Below are positions 17,285 through 28,398 of a stretch of 64,000 nucleotides of DNA, in pieces; positions within the stretch are counted from its first letter, which is position 1, and the number at the start of each line of letters is the position of its first letter. The translations under genes and the position numbers were made by a program. Origin of the DNA: an uncultured Planctomycetales bacterium (GTDB lineage Bacteria; Planctomycetota; Phycisphaerae; UBA1845; JAFGLZ01); NCBI GenBank assembly GCA_964622545.1, contig CAZUQM010000015.1, positions 71,997 through 135,996 on the forward strand, read 5' to 3'. The notes below the pieces were generated by a model, which worked only from the letters and a program-made list of their open reading frames with translations, made no database searches and was not told the DNA's origin.

Positions 17285-19573
17285 TTAAGGCCGGATGACC
17301 CCGCAGTAGCGCCCCATCCAGTAGGGCAGGAGCCAGTAGACCCCGTCGCTCTCGGTGCCTCCGCCGTCGCCCTGAACGGCCAGCCATGGGTTCTTGTCCC
17401 ACCGCATCACGCCGCGCTCGTCGGCCGGCGGGAGCCGGTGCGTCTGAAGCGCCTCCAGCTCGGGCCGCCGGACCACCCGGATGTCCTCCCGCATGCCGTT
17501 GTCGATCCGCCAGCGGATCAGGTCGAGCGGCGCAGTGCGCAAGAACCTTACGGCCGGGGTCAGGTCGATCCCCTCACCGCCGAGCCAGACGTACGTGAAG
17601 TCGAAGTACGGGCAGCCGTCGGCCCGGCACTGCGGATGCCACGTCTCGAGGCTCGTCTTGAACAACCGCTTCAGCTCCGGGTCCGTTTCGTGCAGCAGCA
17701 GGGCGGGGTAGGCCAACGCCAGCAGCTCGTCGTCGATGTGCGTCCGCCAGGCCGGATCCGTCGAGCGCGGCTCGAGGACGTTCCGCCCGTAATGGTGCTT
17801 GCCGAGCAGGTCGAGGAAGCACTGCTGGTACCGCTCATCGCCCGTCATGTGGTAGGTGGCCTTGAGGAACGAGAGGATCTCGACCGAGTTGATGCCGCGC
17901 TCGAACTGCCAATCGGGGTCGTGGTTGAGCTTGGCCGGGCTCCATACCGCCCACCGCGTGTGCTTGCCGTCGACCCCCTTGAGGACGTAGCCCGCCTCGA
18001 TGATGCCGTCCATGATCCGCCGGACGTGATCGGCCACGCGCCGCCGTTCGGCGTCATCGGCGGCCAGATCGTAATAGACCAGGTAGCCGAAAAAGTGTCC
18101 CGTGATCTCATCGCTGCTGGTGTCGCCCTTCCAGAGCCACGTGCCGTCGGCCGATGGGTGCCACCGCACCGGCACGTCCTTGTGGCGCGGATCACGCACG
18201 CGCTGCTCGGCCAGCTCGCGGTCGCTCAGCTTGCGGTTCGGGTCGAACATCCGCTTCCAGGTCGCCGGGATGACCGTCCGGGCCACGAAGCCCTTCGTGC
18301 CCGTGACCGTCTGGAGCAAGCGTAGGGCCTCGAACGCTCGTCGGGCGTTGGCTCGGGCGTCGGCGGACGTCGTGACGGCATAACGAAACGACTCCATCGC
18401 CAGGTACATCGCCGTGTACTGCCCGTCGTTGTCGTCGTCGAGCGGCCGCCATGTCGTTAGATCGCCGGGCGTCTCGAGCCGACACTTGCCCACCAGGCCA
18501 GGCCTGCGGACGTGCCGGAGCTGACACGCCTGCATGTAGTGCTTCTCTTTCTCGGCCAGTGTGGTCTTCCGTCGATGGATTGCACTGACACCGCCGCCGG
18601 TGGCGATCCAGGCCGTCCCCAAGCGGTCGAAGGCGATGTCGCGAACTTCGTCATGCGGCAGCCAGCGCTTGCTGTGACGGACGGACCAACGCTTGCCGTT
18701 GAACCGCGCCGCACCGATCGCCGTTCCCGCCCACACCTCGCCGCCGGGACCGACCCGCACGCATCGCACGACGGCGCTGGGCAGCCCTTCGGCCGGCGTA
18801 TAGCGCGCGACAACCTTCCCGTCCCGCATCGTCTCGACGCGTCCGAGCCCACCGAGCCAGAGCGCGCGATCGCTCGCCACGCAGACCGATGTGGTGTTGG
18901 CCGACAGCAGCCCGGCATCACGCGCGAGACGCCGGCATGACGAGCCGTCCCACGCATACAGGCCTGCATCGGTGGCGATCCAGATCGTGCCGTCGGCATC
19001 GACCGTCGCGTCGCGGAGGGTGCCCGAGCAGGGCAGGGCCTCGCGCCTCGCCTGGCCGTCGCCGATGCGCCATACCCCCTCGGGGCTCAGCGCGACCACG
19101 CCGGACGTCGTCGCGCACAGCACGGCGATCGGGGCGTCGATCCCTTCGACCTTGACGACCCGCGTGCCGTCGGATCGATAGAGGCCGTTCCAGGCCGCGA
19201 CCCAGACCGTGCCGCCTGGATCGGTCATGACGTCGAACGCCGGACCGGCCTGGTCGGCTGGCACGACGGGCCTCCACGTCCGGCCCGCGACGCGACAGGA
19301 GGATGCGTCCTCTTCGGCGAGCCGGAACACGCCCGTGGCAGAAGCCGCCCAGATGGATGCGTCCCCGGCCACGGCGACGGCCCGGACGTCGTGATCGCCG
19401 GCTCGCTCCCCGATCGACCAGCGCACGCACGTCTCTTGGACGAAGGGTTCGTCGGCGATCCCCTCGCCTAGGGCGGGACGGACCGCCCCGAGCAGCAGGC
19501 ACACTGCCGGCAGGAGGCCCCGGACACTCGATCGCACGATTCGCAGCCGGACGAGACGTCGATGGCGTTTCAT
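17285..19573 (-). CDS. Secreted protein with an N-terminal beta-propeller (two-component-regulator-propeller-like repeats) and a C-terminal helical domain
   Basis: Signal MKRHRRLVRL...LLLGAVRPALG. Repeats of the type GTVWVAAWNGLYRSDG, GTIWIATDAGLYAWDG, LWLGGLGRVETMRDG, EVWAGTAIGAARFNG and TAWIATGGGVSAI. The C-terminal roughly 400 aa carries no motif I can name. Confidence 0.5.
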   Translation of the reverse strand: MKRHRRLVRLRIVRSSVRGLLPAVCLLLGAVRPALGEGIADEPFVQETCVRWSIGERAGDHDVRAVAVAGDASIWAASATGVFRLAEEDASSCRVAGRTWRPVVPADQAGPAFDVMTDPGGTVWVAAWNGLYRSDGTRVVKVEGIDAPIAVLCATTSGVVALSPEGVWRIGDGQARREALPCSGTLRDATVDADGTIWIATDAGLYAWDGSSCRRLARDAGLLSANTTSVCVASDRALWLGGLGRVETMRDGKVVARYTPAEGLPSAVVRCVRVGPGGEVWAGTAIGAARFNGKRWSVRHSKRWLPHDEVRDIAFDRLGTAWIATGGGVSAIHRRKTTLAEKEKHYMQACQLRHVRRPGLVGKCRLETPGDLTTWRPLDDDNDGQYTAMYLAMESFRYAVTTSADARANARRAFEALRLLQTVTGTKGFVARTVIPATWKRMFDPNRKLSDRELAEQRVRDPRHKDVPVRWHPSADGTWLWKGDTSSDEITGHFFGYLVYYDLAADDAERRRVADHVRRIMDGIIEAGYVLKGVDGKHTRWAVWSPAKLNHDPDWQFERGINSVEILSFLKATYHMTGDERYQQCFLDLLGKHHYGRNVLEPRSTDPAWRTHIDDELLALAYPALLLHETDPELKRLFKTSLETWHPQCRADGCPYFDFTYVWLGGEGIDLTPAVRFLRTAPLDLIRWRIDNGMREDIRVVRRPELEALQTHRLPPADERGVMRWDKNPWLAVQGDGGGTESDGVYWLLPYWMGRYCGVIRP

Positions 19574-19838
19574 AATGGGTTCCCTTGCTGGCGCTTTGGC
19601 TTCGGATGATACCAGCGTCCGAGTGGGCAAGCCATGGAGGTGCCTCGCGTCCGCTGTCGTCTCCGCTTGCGCGTGGGCTGGGCCGTCGGCCCGCTGAGAC
19701 GTGGCTTATCGCCGGCCGGCTCGATCATGGACGCCCGCCCGGGTAACCCTTACCATGAAGGTCGCTTCCGGGTGGGCGGGCATTGCGATGCCGGTCCGCA
19801 TCGACGCGACCACAACCTCCAACTCAAGGAGTTTCTCC

Positions 19839-22800
19839 ATGCTGCGACGTCTCCAGGCCCGCCGCTGCGTTCGCTCAGATGTTCGGAGTGCTCCTGTGCG
19901 TGCCTCCTTCGTCCTGACCCTTGCGATCGCCGTCTCCGCGGTCGCGGCCCCGTCCGCCGATGAGGTCCTCCGCAAGACCGGCGCGACCCGCGGCCTGATC
20001 GTTCACCTGGGCTGCGGCGACGGCTCATTGTGTGCAGAGCTGGCCGCCAGGCCGGGGGTGCTGGTCCACGGGCTCGGCGCCGATGCCGCCAAGATCGCCA
20101 CGGCGCGGAAACGGCTTCACGACGCAGGCCTCTACGGAAAGGCCTCGGTAGAAGAGCTCAACGGCGAACGCCTGCCCTATGCCGACAACCTGGTGAACCT
20201 GATCGTGGTCGACGATCCCGGCAAGGTCGCAACGGCCGAGATCCTGCGCGTGCTCGCCCCGAACGGCGTCGCCTTCGTCAATCGTGGCGGCTCGTGGACC
20301 AAGACCGTTAAGCCCTGGCCCGACGAGATCGACGACTGGACGCATTACCTCCACGACGCCGGCGGCAACGCCGTGGCCGACGACTCCCGCGTCGGTCCGC
20401 CCAACCGCATGCAGTGGGTCTGCAAACCGCTGTACGCCAGGAGCCATGAGATCGACGCGACCGTCGATGCGATGGTCTCGGCCGAGGGCCGCGTCGTCTA
20501 TATCGTCGACGAGGGCCTGCCCGGCATCACCGACCCGAGGCTGCCCCAAACCTGGTCGCTGATCGGCCGCGACGCCTTCAGCGGCGTCGAGCTGTGGAAA
20601 CGACCCCTACCCGATTGGGGCTGGCCAGAGTGGAAGAAGAGCATGCTGGCCGGCAAGGACTGGACCGGCCTGCGCGGCCAACGCACCCGCTCGCCCCTGA
20701 CGCTGCCGCGTCGTCTGGTGGCCGTCGGCGATCGCGTGTTCGTCACGCTCGGCTATCAGGCGCCCGTCAGCGTGCTGGACGCCAAGACCGGCAAGACGCT
20801 CCGCACGATTCCCGAGTCGGCCGGGGCGGACGAGATCGTCGTTTGCGAGGGCGTGCTCGTCGTCCGCAAGCGGCTCGGCTTGCTCGAGATCGAAGGCGAC
20901 GATAGGGACCCGCCCAAGGGCGAGGTCGTCATGGTCGTTGATCCGAGTAGCGGTGAGACCGTGTGGAAGCAGCCGTGCAAGCGCGTCGTGCCGCTATCGC
21001 TGGCCGCGTGCGGCGGACGCATCGTCTACCACGATTATGCCGACGTCGTCTGCCGCGATTTGAGAACGGGCAAGGAGCTCTGGAAGACGCCACGCAAACC
21101 TGCCAGGGCCGGTCTGTGGGGTTCCGGACACACCATGGTCGCCCTCGACGACGTCGTGCTCTTCCTCGGCCCGAAACGACTGACGGCCCTGTCGGCCGAG
21201 ACGGGTAAGAAGCTGTGGGAGGGCCGTGGCGGACGCGGGCCGGGCGTGTCGAACCCGCCCGACCTCTTCGTCGCCGACGGCCTCGTCTGGTACGGCGGCA
21301 GCGAGGCCAAGGAGGGCCGAAGAAGCATCCGGGCCCTCAAGTCCGGCCATGACCCGATGACGGGCCAGGTCGAGCGCAAGGTCGACGTGGCCAAGCTCAT
21401 CACACCGGGACACCACTACCGCTGCTACCGAAGCAAGGCCACCAAGAACTACCTGCTCTGGCCCAAACGCGGCATCGAGTTCCTCGACATCCAGGGCGAC
21501 GACCACATGCGTCACGACTGGCTGCGAGCCTCGTGCAAGCTCGGCGTCATGCCCGCCAACGGCCTGCTCTACGTCACGCCCCATCAGTGCTTCTGCTACG
21601 CGGGCGTGAAGCTGGCCGGCCTGAACGCCCTGGCCTCGAGCCAGAAGAAGGTGACCGTCGACGACGGCCCCGATCGCCTGGTCCGCGGCCCGGCCTTCGA
21701 TGCCGTGCAAGAGCTGTCGGGGGCGTGCGCCGCCGGCGATTGGCCCACGTTCCGAAACGATCCGAAACGCAGCGGCTCAACCGAGGTCGAGGTGGCCGCC
21801 TCGCCCAAGCGCCTCTGGCAGACCGAGCTCGGCGGCAAGCTCACCCAGCCCGTCGTCGTCGGCGACAAGGTCTTCGTCGCGTCGGTCGATGCGCACGCGG
21901 TCCTCTGCCTGAGCGCTCAAGACGGCAAACAGCTCTGGCTCCACACGGCCGGCGGACGCGTCGACTCGCCGCCGACCTTCCACCAGGGGTTGGTGCTCTT
22001 CGGTTCGGCCGACGGCACCGTGACGTGTCTGCGAGCATCGGACGGCCAGCTCGCATGGCGTTTCCGAGCCGCTCCGCGTGAGCGGCGGGTCGTCGCCTTC
22101 GGCCGGCTCGAGTCGGCGTGGCCCGTTCACGGCACCGTGCTCCTCAAGGACGGCGTGGCCTATTGCGCGGCGGGCCGGTCGAGCTACCTCGACGGCGGTA
22201 TCTTCGTCTGCGCCTTGGATCCCAAGAGCGGCAAGCTACTCCATCAGGCTCGCGTTGAAGGGCCCTATCCCGACGTTACCAAGGACATCGGCCGACCGTT
22301 CGATATGGACGGCACCAAGAGCGACGTCCTCGTGACCGACGGCGAGACCATCTACATGCAGCAAGCGGTCTTCGACGCGACGCTCAAGCAGCGGGAGGCC
22401 CCGCGGATCACCAACATGGGCGACCGCAAGATGGGCCGGCACCTGTTCTCCACGGCGGGCCTGCTCGACGACACCTGGTGGAACCGCACCTACTGGAGCT
22501 ACAGCGAGCGATGGCCCGGCTACTACATCGGCCACCAGGCGCCCAAGGCCGGCCAGCTCCTCGTCTTCGACGATAAGCACACCTACGGCGTGAAATGCTA
22601 CACCGAGCGGAACCGCCACAGCCCGATGTTCTTCCCCGGCACCAAGGGCTACCTCCTCTTCGCCGACCGCAACGACGTCGAACCGACGCTCGTCGATAAG
22701 GACGGCAAGCCGCGGCCCGTCCGCTGGCTGCCCAAGATCAATCCCAAGACCGGCTGGTCGATCTCGACCCCCGCCGTCGACCGCGACAAGGGGCCTGGCT

Positions 22801-23105
22801 TCACACGCAGCCACGAGGCCAAGTGGTCGACCTGGGTGCCCGTGAGGATCCGCGCGATGGTGCTGGCCGGCGAGACGCTCTTTGCGGCCGGGCCGCCCGA
22901 CGTCCTCGACGAGGACGACCCCCTCGCGGCCTTCGAAGGGCGCAAGGGCGCGAAGCTGTGTGCCTTCTCGGCCGAGACGGGCAAGGCGATCTGGGAGCAA
23001 TCGTTGGAGTCGCCTCCCGTCTTCGACGGTATGATCGCCGCGGACGGCCGACTCTATCTGGCCACACGAAACGGTCACCTCATCTGCATGGGCAAGGCGT
23101 CGTAA
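19839..23105 (+). CDS. Giant secreted protein, paralogue 1: N-terminal class-I methyltransferase-like domain + PQQ-like beta-propeller repeats
   Basis: ATG 19839 has an aagga RBS. Signal VRASFVLTLAIAVSAVAAPSA. MTase-like motifs GLIVHLGCGDGSL, LPYADNLVNLIVVDD and EILRVLAPNGVAFV. PQQ/BamB-type repeats include GKELWK, GKKLWE, DGKQLWLHTAGG..DSPP and DGQLAWRF. Confidence 0.7.
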   Translation: MLRRLQARRCVRSDVRSAPVRASFVLTLAIAVSAVAAPSADEVLRKTGATRGLIVHLGCGDGSLCAELAARPGVLVHGLGADAAKIATARKRLHDAGLYGKASVEELNGERLPYADNLVNLIVVDDPGKVATAEILRVLAPNGVAFVNRGGSWTKTVKPWPDEIDDWTHYLHDAGGNAVADDSRVGPPNRMQWVCKPLYARSHEIDATVDAMVSAEGRVVYIVDEGLPGITDPRLPQTWSLIGRDAFSGVELWKRPLPDWGWPEWKKSMLAGKDWTGLRGQRTRSPLTLPRRLVAVGDRVFVTLGYQAPVSVLDAKTGKTLRTIPESAGADEIVVCEGVLVVRKRLGLLEIEGDDRDPPKGEVVMVVDPSSGETVWKQPCKRVVPLSLAACGGRIVYHDYADVVCRDLRTGKELWKTPRKPARAGLWGSGHTMVALDDVVLFLGPKRLTALSAETGKKLWEGRGGRGPGVSNPPDLFVADGLVWYGGSEAKEGRRSIRALKSGHDPMTGQVERKVDVAKLITPGHHYRCYRSKATKNYLLWPKRGIEFLDIQGDDHMRHDWLRASCKLGVMPANGLLYVTPHQCFCYAGVKLAGLNALASSQKKVTVDDGPDRLVRGPAFDAVQELSGACAAGDWPTFRNDPKRSGSTEVEVAASPKRLWQTELGGKLTQPVVVGDKVFVASVDAHAVLCLSAQDGKQLWLHTAGGRVDSPPTFHQGLVLFGSADGTVTCLRASDGQLAWRFRAAPRERRVVAFGRLESAWPVHGTVLLKDGVAYCAAGRSSYLDGGIFVCALDPKSGKLLHQARVEGPYPDVTKDIGRPFDMDGTKSDVLVTDGETIYMQQAVFDATLKQREAPRITNMGDRKMGRHLFSTAGLLDDTWWNRTYWSYSERWPGYYIGHQAPKAGQLLVFDDKHTYGVKCYTERNRHSPMFFPGTKGYLLFADRNDVEPTLVDKDGKPRPVRWLPKINPKTGWSISTPAVDRDKGPGFTRSHEAKWSTWVPVRIRAMVLAGETLFAAGPPDVLDEDDPLAAFEGRKGAKLCAFSAETGKAIWEQSLESPPVFDGMIAADGRLYLATRNGHLICMGKAS

Positions 23106-23128
23106 CCTCGGAAGGAGGCTCGCGAACC

Positions 23129-26100
23129 ATGATGTCACAATCGAAAGGTGTTGCGCCGATCCTCGCCGCGTTCTTGATCGGCGTTCTGGGAGTATCGACG
23201 GCGCCGGCGGCCCAAACGCCAGAAGCCACGGCCGATGCGATCATCCAGGCCACGGGCTTCAAGGGTGGCCTGGTCGTGCATGTCGGCTGCGGTGACGGCA
23301 AACTGCTCGCGGCACTGGGCACGCACCAGGGCACGAAGGTGCACGGCCTCGAGCATGCTGCCGACAAGGTCGCCCGCGTCCGCGCCGACCTGCTCGCCAA
23401 GGGCCTTCACGGCAAGGTCACCGTGCAGACGTGGTCGGGCAAACAGCTACCCTTCGTCGACAACCTGGTGAACCTGCTCATCGTCGAGAAGGGCGTCGCG
23501 CCGGCTCGCGACGAGATGCTACGCGTGCTCGTGCCCAACGGCGTGGCCTATCTCGAACAGGGGGGGCACTGGGCCAAGATCACCAAGCCCCGTCCCGACA
23601 CGATCGACGAATGGACGCACTACATGCACGACGCCACCGGCAACGCGGTGGCCCACGACGAAGAGATCGCCCCGCTCCGTCACCTCCAGTGGGTGGGCAG
23701 CCCCCGCTGGAGCCGTCATCACGACCACATGGCCAGCATGAGCGCCATGGTCTCCTCGGGCGGCCGCGTCTTTTACATCATGGACGAGGGCTCGCGGGCA
23801 TCGATCGTCCTGCCGTCGCGATGGGCCCTCTACGCCCGCGACGCGTTCAACGGCACGATCCTGTGGCGCCGTGAGATGGGGAAATGGCACACGCAGCTCT
23901 GGCCGCTCAAGAGCGGGCCCGCTCAGTTGCCGCGTCGCCTGGTGGCCATCGGCGATACGCTCTATGTCACGCTCGACATCAACGCGCCGCTGACCGCGCT
24001 CGACGCCGCCACCGGCAAGAGGCTCCGCACGTACGAGGGCACCAAGAGCACAGAGGAGATCATCTGCTCCGACGGCGTGCTGTTCGTCCAGGTCAACACC
24101 AGCGGCGAGCCGTGGGGGGCGGATTGGGCCGACGCCGAGAGGGTCCGCGACATCCGCAAGGGCGTGACGGATCCCCGCTGGTCCGGCGCGCCACGGACGA
24201 TCATGGCCATCCGGGCCGAGACCGGCGAGCGCCTCTGGAAGGCCGACCACAAGGTCGTGCCGCTGACGCTGGCGGCCGACGGCAAGCACGTCTACCTGCA
24301 CGACACCCAGAAGATCGTCTGCCTCGATCGCGCGACCGGCAAGCAGGTCTGGGCCTCTGAGCCCATGCCGGTCTGGAAGAAGATCCACTCGTGGTTCGCG
24401 CCCACCCTGGTCGCCTACGGCGACATGGTGCTCTTCGCGGGCGGGTCGAAGATGGTGCCCCATCGCGGCGGCCAGGACCAGGTCGTCGGCCTGTGCGCCA
24501 AGACCGGCAAGAAGCTCTGGTCCGCCGACCATCCCCCGTGCGGCTATCAGTCGCCCGAGGACCTGCTCGTCGCGGGCGGACTGGCCTGGAGCGGCTCGAC
24601 CACCAGCGGCGGCTACGACGGTATCCACCGCGGGCTCGACCCGCGGACCGGCGAGGTCAAGAGCCAGTTCGGCCCCGACGTTGAGACGTACTGGTTCCAC
24701 CACCGCTGCTACCGTGCCAAGGCCACCGACAACTACGTCCTGACCTCGCGCACGGGCATCGAGTTCCTCGACCTCGACAAGAAGACGTGGATCATCCACC
24801 ACTGGGTCCGGGGAGGCTGCCTGTACGGCATCATGCCCTGCAACGGCATGGTCTACGCGCCGCCGCACAATTGCGCGTGCTACCCCGAGGCCAAGCTCTA
24901 CGGCCTGAACGCCCTCGCCCCGTCGTCGCCCACGCGCAAACAGCCCATGGACGTGCCCGAGGCGGGCCGGCTCGAGAAGGGCCCAGCCTACGGCAAGAGC
25001 GACGCCGCACCGGCCGCGGACGCCGACTGGCCCACCTATCGTGGATGCAAGGGCCGTAGCGGGCGTCTCGACAAGGCCGTCCCCGAGCGCCTGACGAAGG
25101 CCTGGAGCAAGAAGCTCGGCGACAGGCTGACCAGCCCCGTCATCGCGGCCGGCAAGATCTTCCTCGCCTGTAAGGACACGCACACCCTGTTCGCCCTGGA
25201 CGCGGACACCGGTGAGAAGGTCTGGCAGGTCACCGCCGGCGGCTGCATCGACTCGCCTCCGACCTACAGCGACGGCATGCTCCTGTTCGGATCGGCCGAC
25301 GGCTACGTCACGTGCCTCCGCGCATCCGACGGCGCGATGGCGTGGCGCTACCGCGCGGCCCCCGCCGATCGCCGGCTCATGGCCTTCGAGCAGCTCGAGT
25401 CGGTCTGGCCCGTTCACGGCAGCGTCCTGGTCCACGACGGCATCGTCTACTGCGTCGCGGGCCGGTCGATGTTCCTCGACGGCGGGCTGATCCTATACCG
25501 CCTCGACGCCAAGACAGGCCGCAAGCTCTCGCAGACCATGATGGATGAGCAGGATCCCACGGCCGAGAAGAAGACGCTGCAAGACCGCATCCAGATCCTC
25601 AACATGCCCGTGGGCCTGCCGGACATCCTCTCGACCGACGGCCAGCACGTGTACATGCGGAGCCAGCTCTTCGACTTCGCCGGCAAGCGGGTCGAGCTTG
25701 GACCGCACTCGGGCGACCCACGCGGCCAGGGCTCGGTCCAGCACGGGGCGTCGGCCCACCTCTTCGCGCCGACCGGCTACCTGGACGACAGCTGGTTCCA
25801 CCGCGCCTACTGGGTCTACGGCCGCAGCTTCGCCGGCGGTCACGCCGGCTACTATCAGGCCGGCAAGTACGCCCCGTCCGGCCGCATCCTCGCCTACGAC
25901 AACGATCGCGTGTACGGCTACTGCCGCAAAGAGCAGTACTACCGCTGGACCACGCCGCTCGAGTACCACCTGTTCGCTTCGAACAGGCAGCCGCCCAAGG
26001 TCGACGTCCCCAGGGGCGGAAAGGGCTCGGTCGTCCGCGTGGGCAAGACGCCCAGTCTCAACCCCAAGGGCAAGCCGGTCGCGGTGGAAGCCTGGGTCCG

Positions 26101-27031
26101 TCCGAGCAAGACCAACGGCGTGATCCTCGCCCGCGGTGGTCCCGCGCACGGCTATGCGCTGATCCTGCGTGGCGGCAAGCCACGCTTCGTCACCCGCATC
26201 GACAGCAGTGTGCACGCCGTGGACGCCAAGCAGAACATCGGCAAGCAGTGGACCCACCTCGTCGGCGCCCTGACCAAGGACAAGCAGCTCGAGATCTACG
26301 TCAACGGCAAGCTGTCCGCCAGGGCCAAGGCCCCGGGCTTCATCACCGCCGATCCGCATCAGGCCATGGAGATCGGCTGCGACGACGGCGGCGCCGTGGG
26401 CGACTACAAGTCGCCGTTCGGGTTCACCGGCATCATCGACGAGGTCCGCGTCTACCACGGTACGCTGACGGCCGACGAGGTCCGCCGGCACTACGCCAAG
26501 CCCGGCGTCGTCGAGGCCAAGGACGCCGAGCTCGTCCTGAGCTACTCGTTCAACAAGGGCAAGGCGACCGACGAGTCCGGTCACAAGAACCACGGTAAGA
26601 TCCAAGAGACCCAGCAGGCCAAGGGCAAGGTCGCCTACGCGCTCATGTTCACCGGAAGAATGAAACGCTTCGGCCACCACGCGGTGAAGTATCACTGGAC
26701 GCAGGAGATCCCGCTGCTGGTTCGCGCCATGGTCATCACGGGGCAGACCTTGTTCGTCGCCGGCCCGCCCGACGTGCTCGACGAGGAGGCCTACGTCCAC
26801 AGCATCAACGACCCGAAGCTCGAGGCCAAGGCCGCCGAGCAGGACGCCGCCCTTCAGGGCCGCCATGGCTGCAAGCTGTGGGCGGTCTCGACCCGCGACG
26901 GCAAGAAGCTGACCGGATACGATCTGAAGCAGATGCCGATCTTCGACGGCCTGGCCGCCGCCGAGGGCAAGCTCTTCATGGTCACCACCGGCGGCGAGGT
27001 GCTCTGTCTGCAAGAGGCGGGTACGGAGTAG
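23129..27031 (+). CDS. Giant secreted protein, paralogue 2: methyltransferase-like N-domain + PQQ-like beta-propeller + LamG-like insertion
   Basis: ATG 23129 lies 23 nt after the paralogue 1 stop, with a ggaaggagg RBS. It is collinear with paralogue 1 (GLVVHVGCGDGKL, LPFVDNLVNLLIVE, DEWTHYMHDATGNAV, HHRCYRAKAT, DWPTYRG). An extra segment of about 180 aa (25990-26690) carries the concanavalin/LamG signature ...LTKDKQLEIYVNGKL...FTGIIDEVRVYHGTLTADEVRRHY. Confidence 0.7.
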   Translation: MMSQSKGVAPILAAFLIGVLGVSTAPAAQTPEATADAIIQATGFKGGLVVHVGCGDGKLLAALGTHQGTKVHGLEHAADKVARVRADLLAKGLHGKVTVQTWSGKQLPFVDNLVNLLIVEKGVAPARDEMLRVLVPNGVAYLEQGGHWAKITKPRPDTIDEWTHYMHDATGNAVAHDEEIAPLRHLQWVGSPRWSRHHDHMASMSAMVSSGGRVFYIMDEGSRASIVLPSRWALYARDAFNGTILWRREMGKWHTQLWPLKSGPAQLPRRLVAIGDTLYVTLDINAPLTALDAATGKRLRTYEGTKSTEEIICSDGVLFVQVNTSGEPWGADWADAERVRDIRKGVTDPRWSGAPRTIMAIRAETGERLWKADHKVVPLTLAADGKHVYLHDTQKIVCLDRATGKQVWASEPMPVWKKIHSWFAPTLVAYGDMVLFAGGSKMVPHRGGQDQVVGLCAKTGKKLWSADHPPCGYQSPEDLLVAGGLAWSGSTTSGGYDGIHRGLDPRTGEVKSQFGPDVETYWFHHRCYRAKATDNYVLTSRTGIEFLDLDKKTWIIHHWVRGGCLYGIMPCNGMVYAPPHNCACYPEAKLYGLNALAPSSPTRKQPMDVPEAGRLEKGPAYGKSDAAPAADADWPTYRGCKGRSGRLDKAVPERLTKAWSKKLGDRLTSPVIAAGKIFLACKDTHTLFALDADTGEKVWQVTAGGCIDSPPTYSDGMLLFGSADGYVTCLRASDGAMAWRYRAAPADRRLMAFEQLESVWPVHGSVLVHDGIVYCVAGRSMFLDGGLILYRLDAKTGRKLSQTMMDEQDPTAEKKTLQDRIQILNMPVGLPDILSTDGQHVYMRSQLFDFAGKRVELGPHSGDPRGQGSVQHGASAHLFAPTGYLDDSWFHRAYWVYGRSFAGGHAGYYQAGKYAPSGRILAYDNDRVYGYCRKEQYYRWTTPLEYHLFASNRQPPKVDVPRGGKGSVVRVGKTPSLNPKGKPVAVEAWVRPSKTNGVILARGGPAHGYALILRGGKPRFVTRIDSSVHAVDAKQNIGKQWTHLVGALTKDKQLEIYVNGKLSARAKAPGFITADPHQAMEIGCDDGGAVGDYKSPFGFTGIIDEVRVYHGTLTADEVRRHYAKPGVVEAKDAELVLSYSFNKGKATDESGHKNHGKIQETQQAKGKVAYALMFTGRMKRFGHHAVKYHWTQEIPLLVRAMVITGQTLFVAGPPDVLDEEAYVHSINDPKLEAKAAEQDAALQGRHGCKLWAVSTRDGKKLTGYDLKQMPIFDGLAAAEGKLFMVTTGGEVLCLQEAGTE

Positions 27032-27316
27032 TGGACGTCGGTCCGGCGGTCACGGCACGACCCCCCGGATCGATGATTCCCGCGAACCCATGACGCGATG
27101 GGCCATCGTGGTATCATAGGGGGCTCGTGGGGCGCTCGCGCGCGTGCCGGGCACGGTCCCGCTCGGCACCGGTGGCTCCACGAGCTGAGGCAACGGACGA
27201 CCAGACCTCCGGGTCGTCCGAGAAAAGCACAAGTGAACCTACGCAAGACGTCGAGACCGAGCCGTGCTCACGGTGCGGGTCGCGGCGTGGCCGGAACCAA
27301 GACGGAGTCAGCAGCC

Positions 27317-28314
<998 letters not shown>

Positions 28315-28315
<1 letters not shown>

Positions 28316-28354
28316 AAACGTCGAAACGTCGAAATGGACACGTCGACAAGTCAA
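28315..28354. repeat. Run of five phased 8-mers (gaaacgtc gaaacgtc gaaatgga cacgtcga caagtcaa), left flank of the four-helix-bundle cassette
   Basis: Read directly, starting at the moxR stop codon. The last two units are the reverse complements of the units repeated at 28826-28857. Confidence 0.7.
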
Positions 28355-28398
28355 CATCAGAAGGGTTTATACGGTTCGGGGGAGCGTGGACATGGACC

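Noticed and set aside
22823-23128. N-terminal extension of ORF 22823..27031, overlapping the end of paralogue 1
   Set aside because: The extension is Arg-rich junk. ATG 23129 has a strong ggaaggagg RBS and is followed by a signal peptide homologous to those of the paralogues.
23519-27013. Two long minus-strand ORFs (23519..25435 and 25493..27013)
   Set aside because: They are shadows of paralogue 2. The plus-strand protein aligns collinearly with two paralogues.
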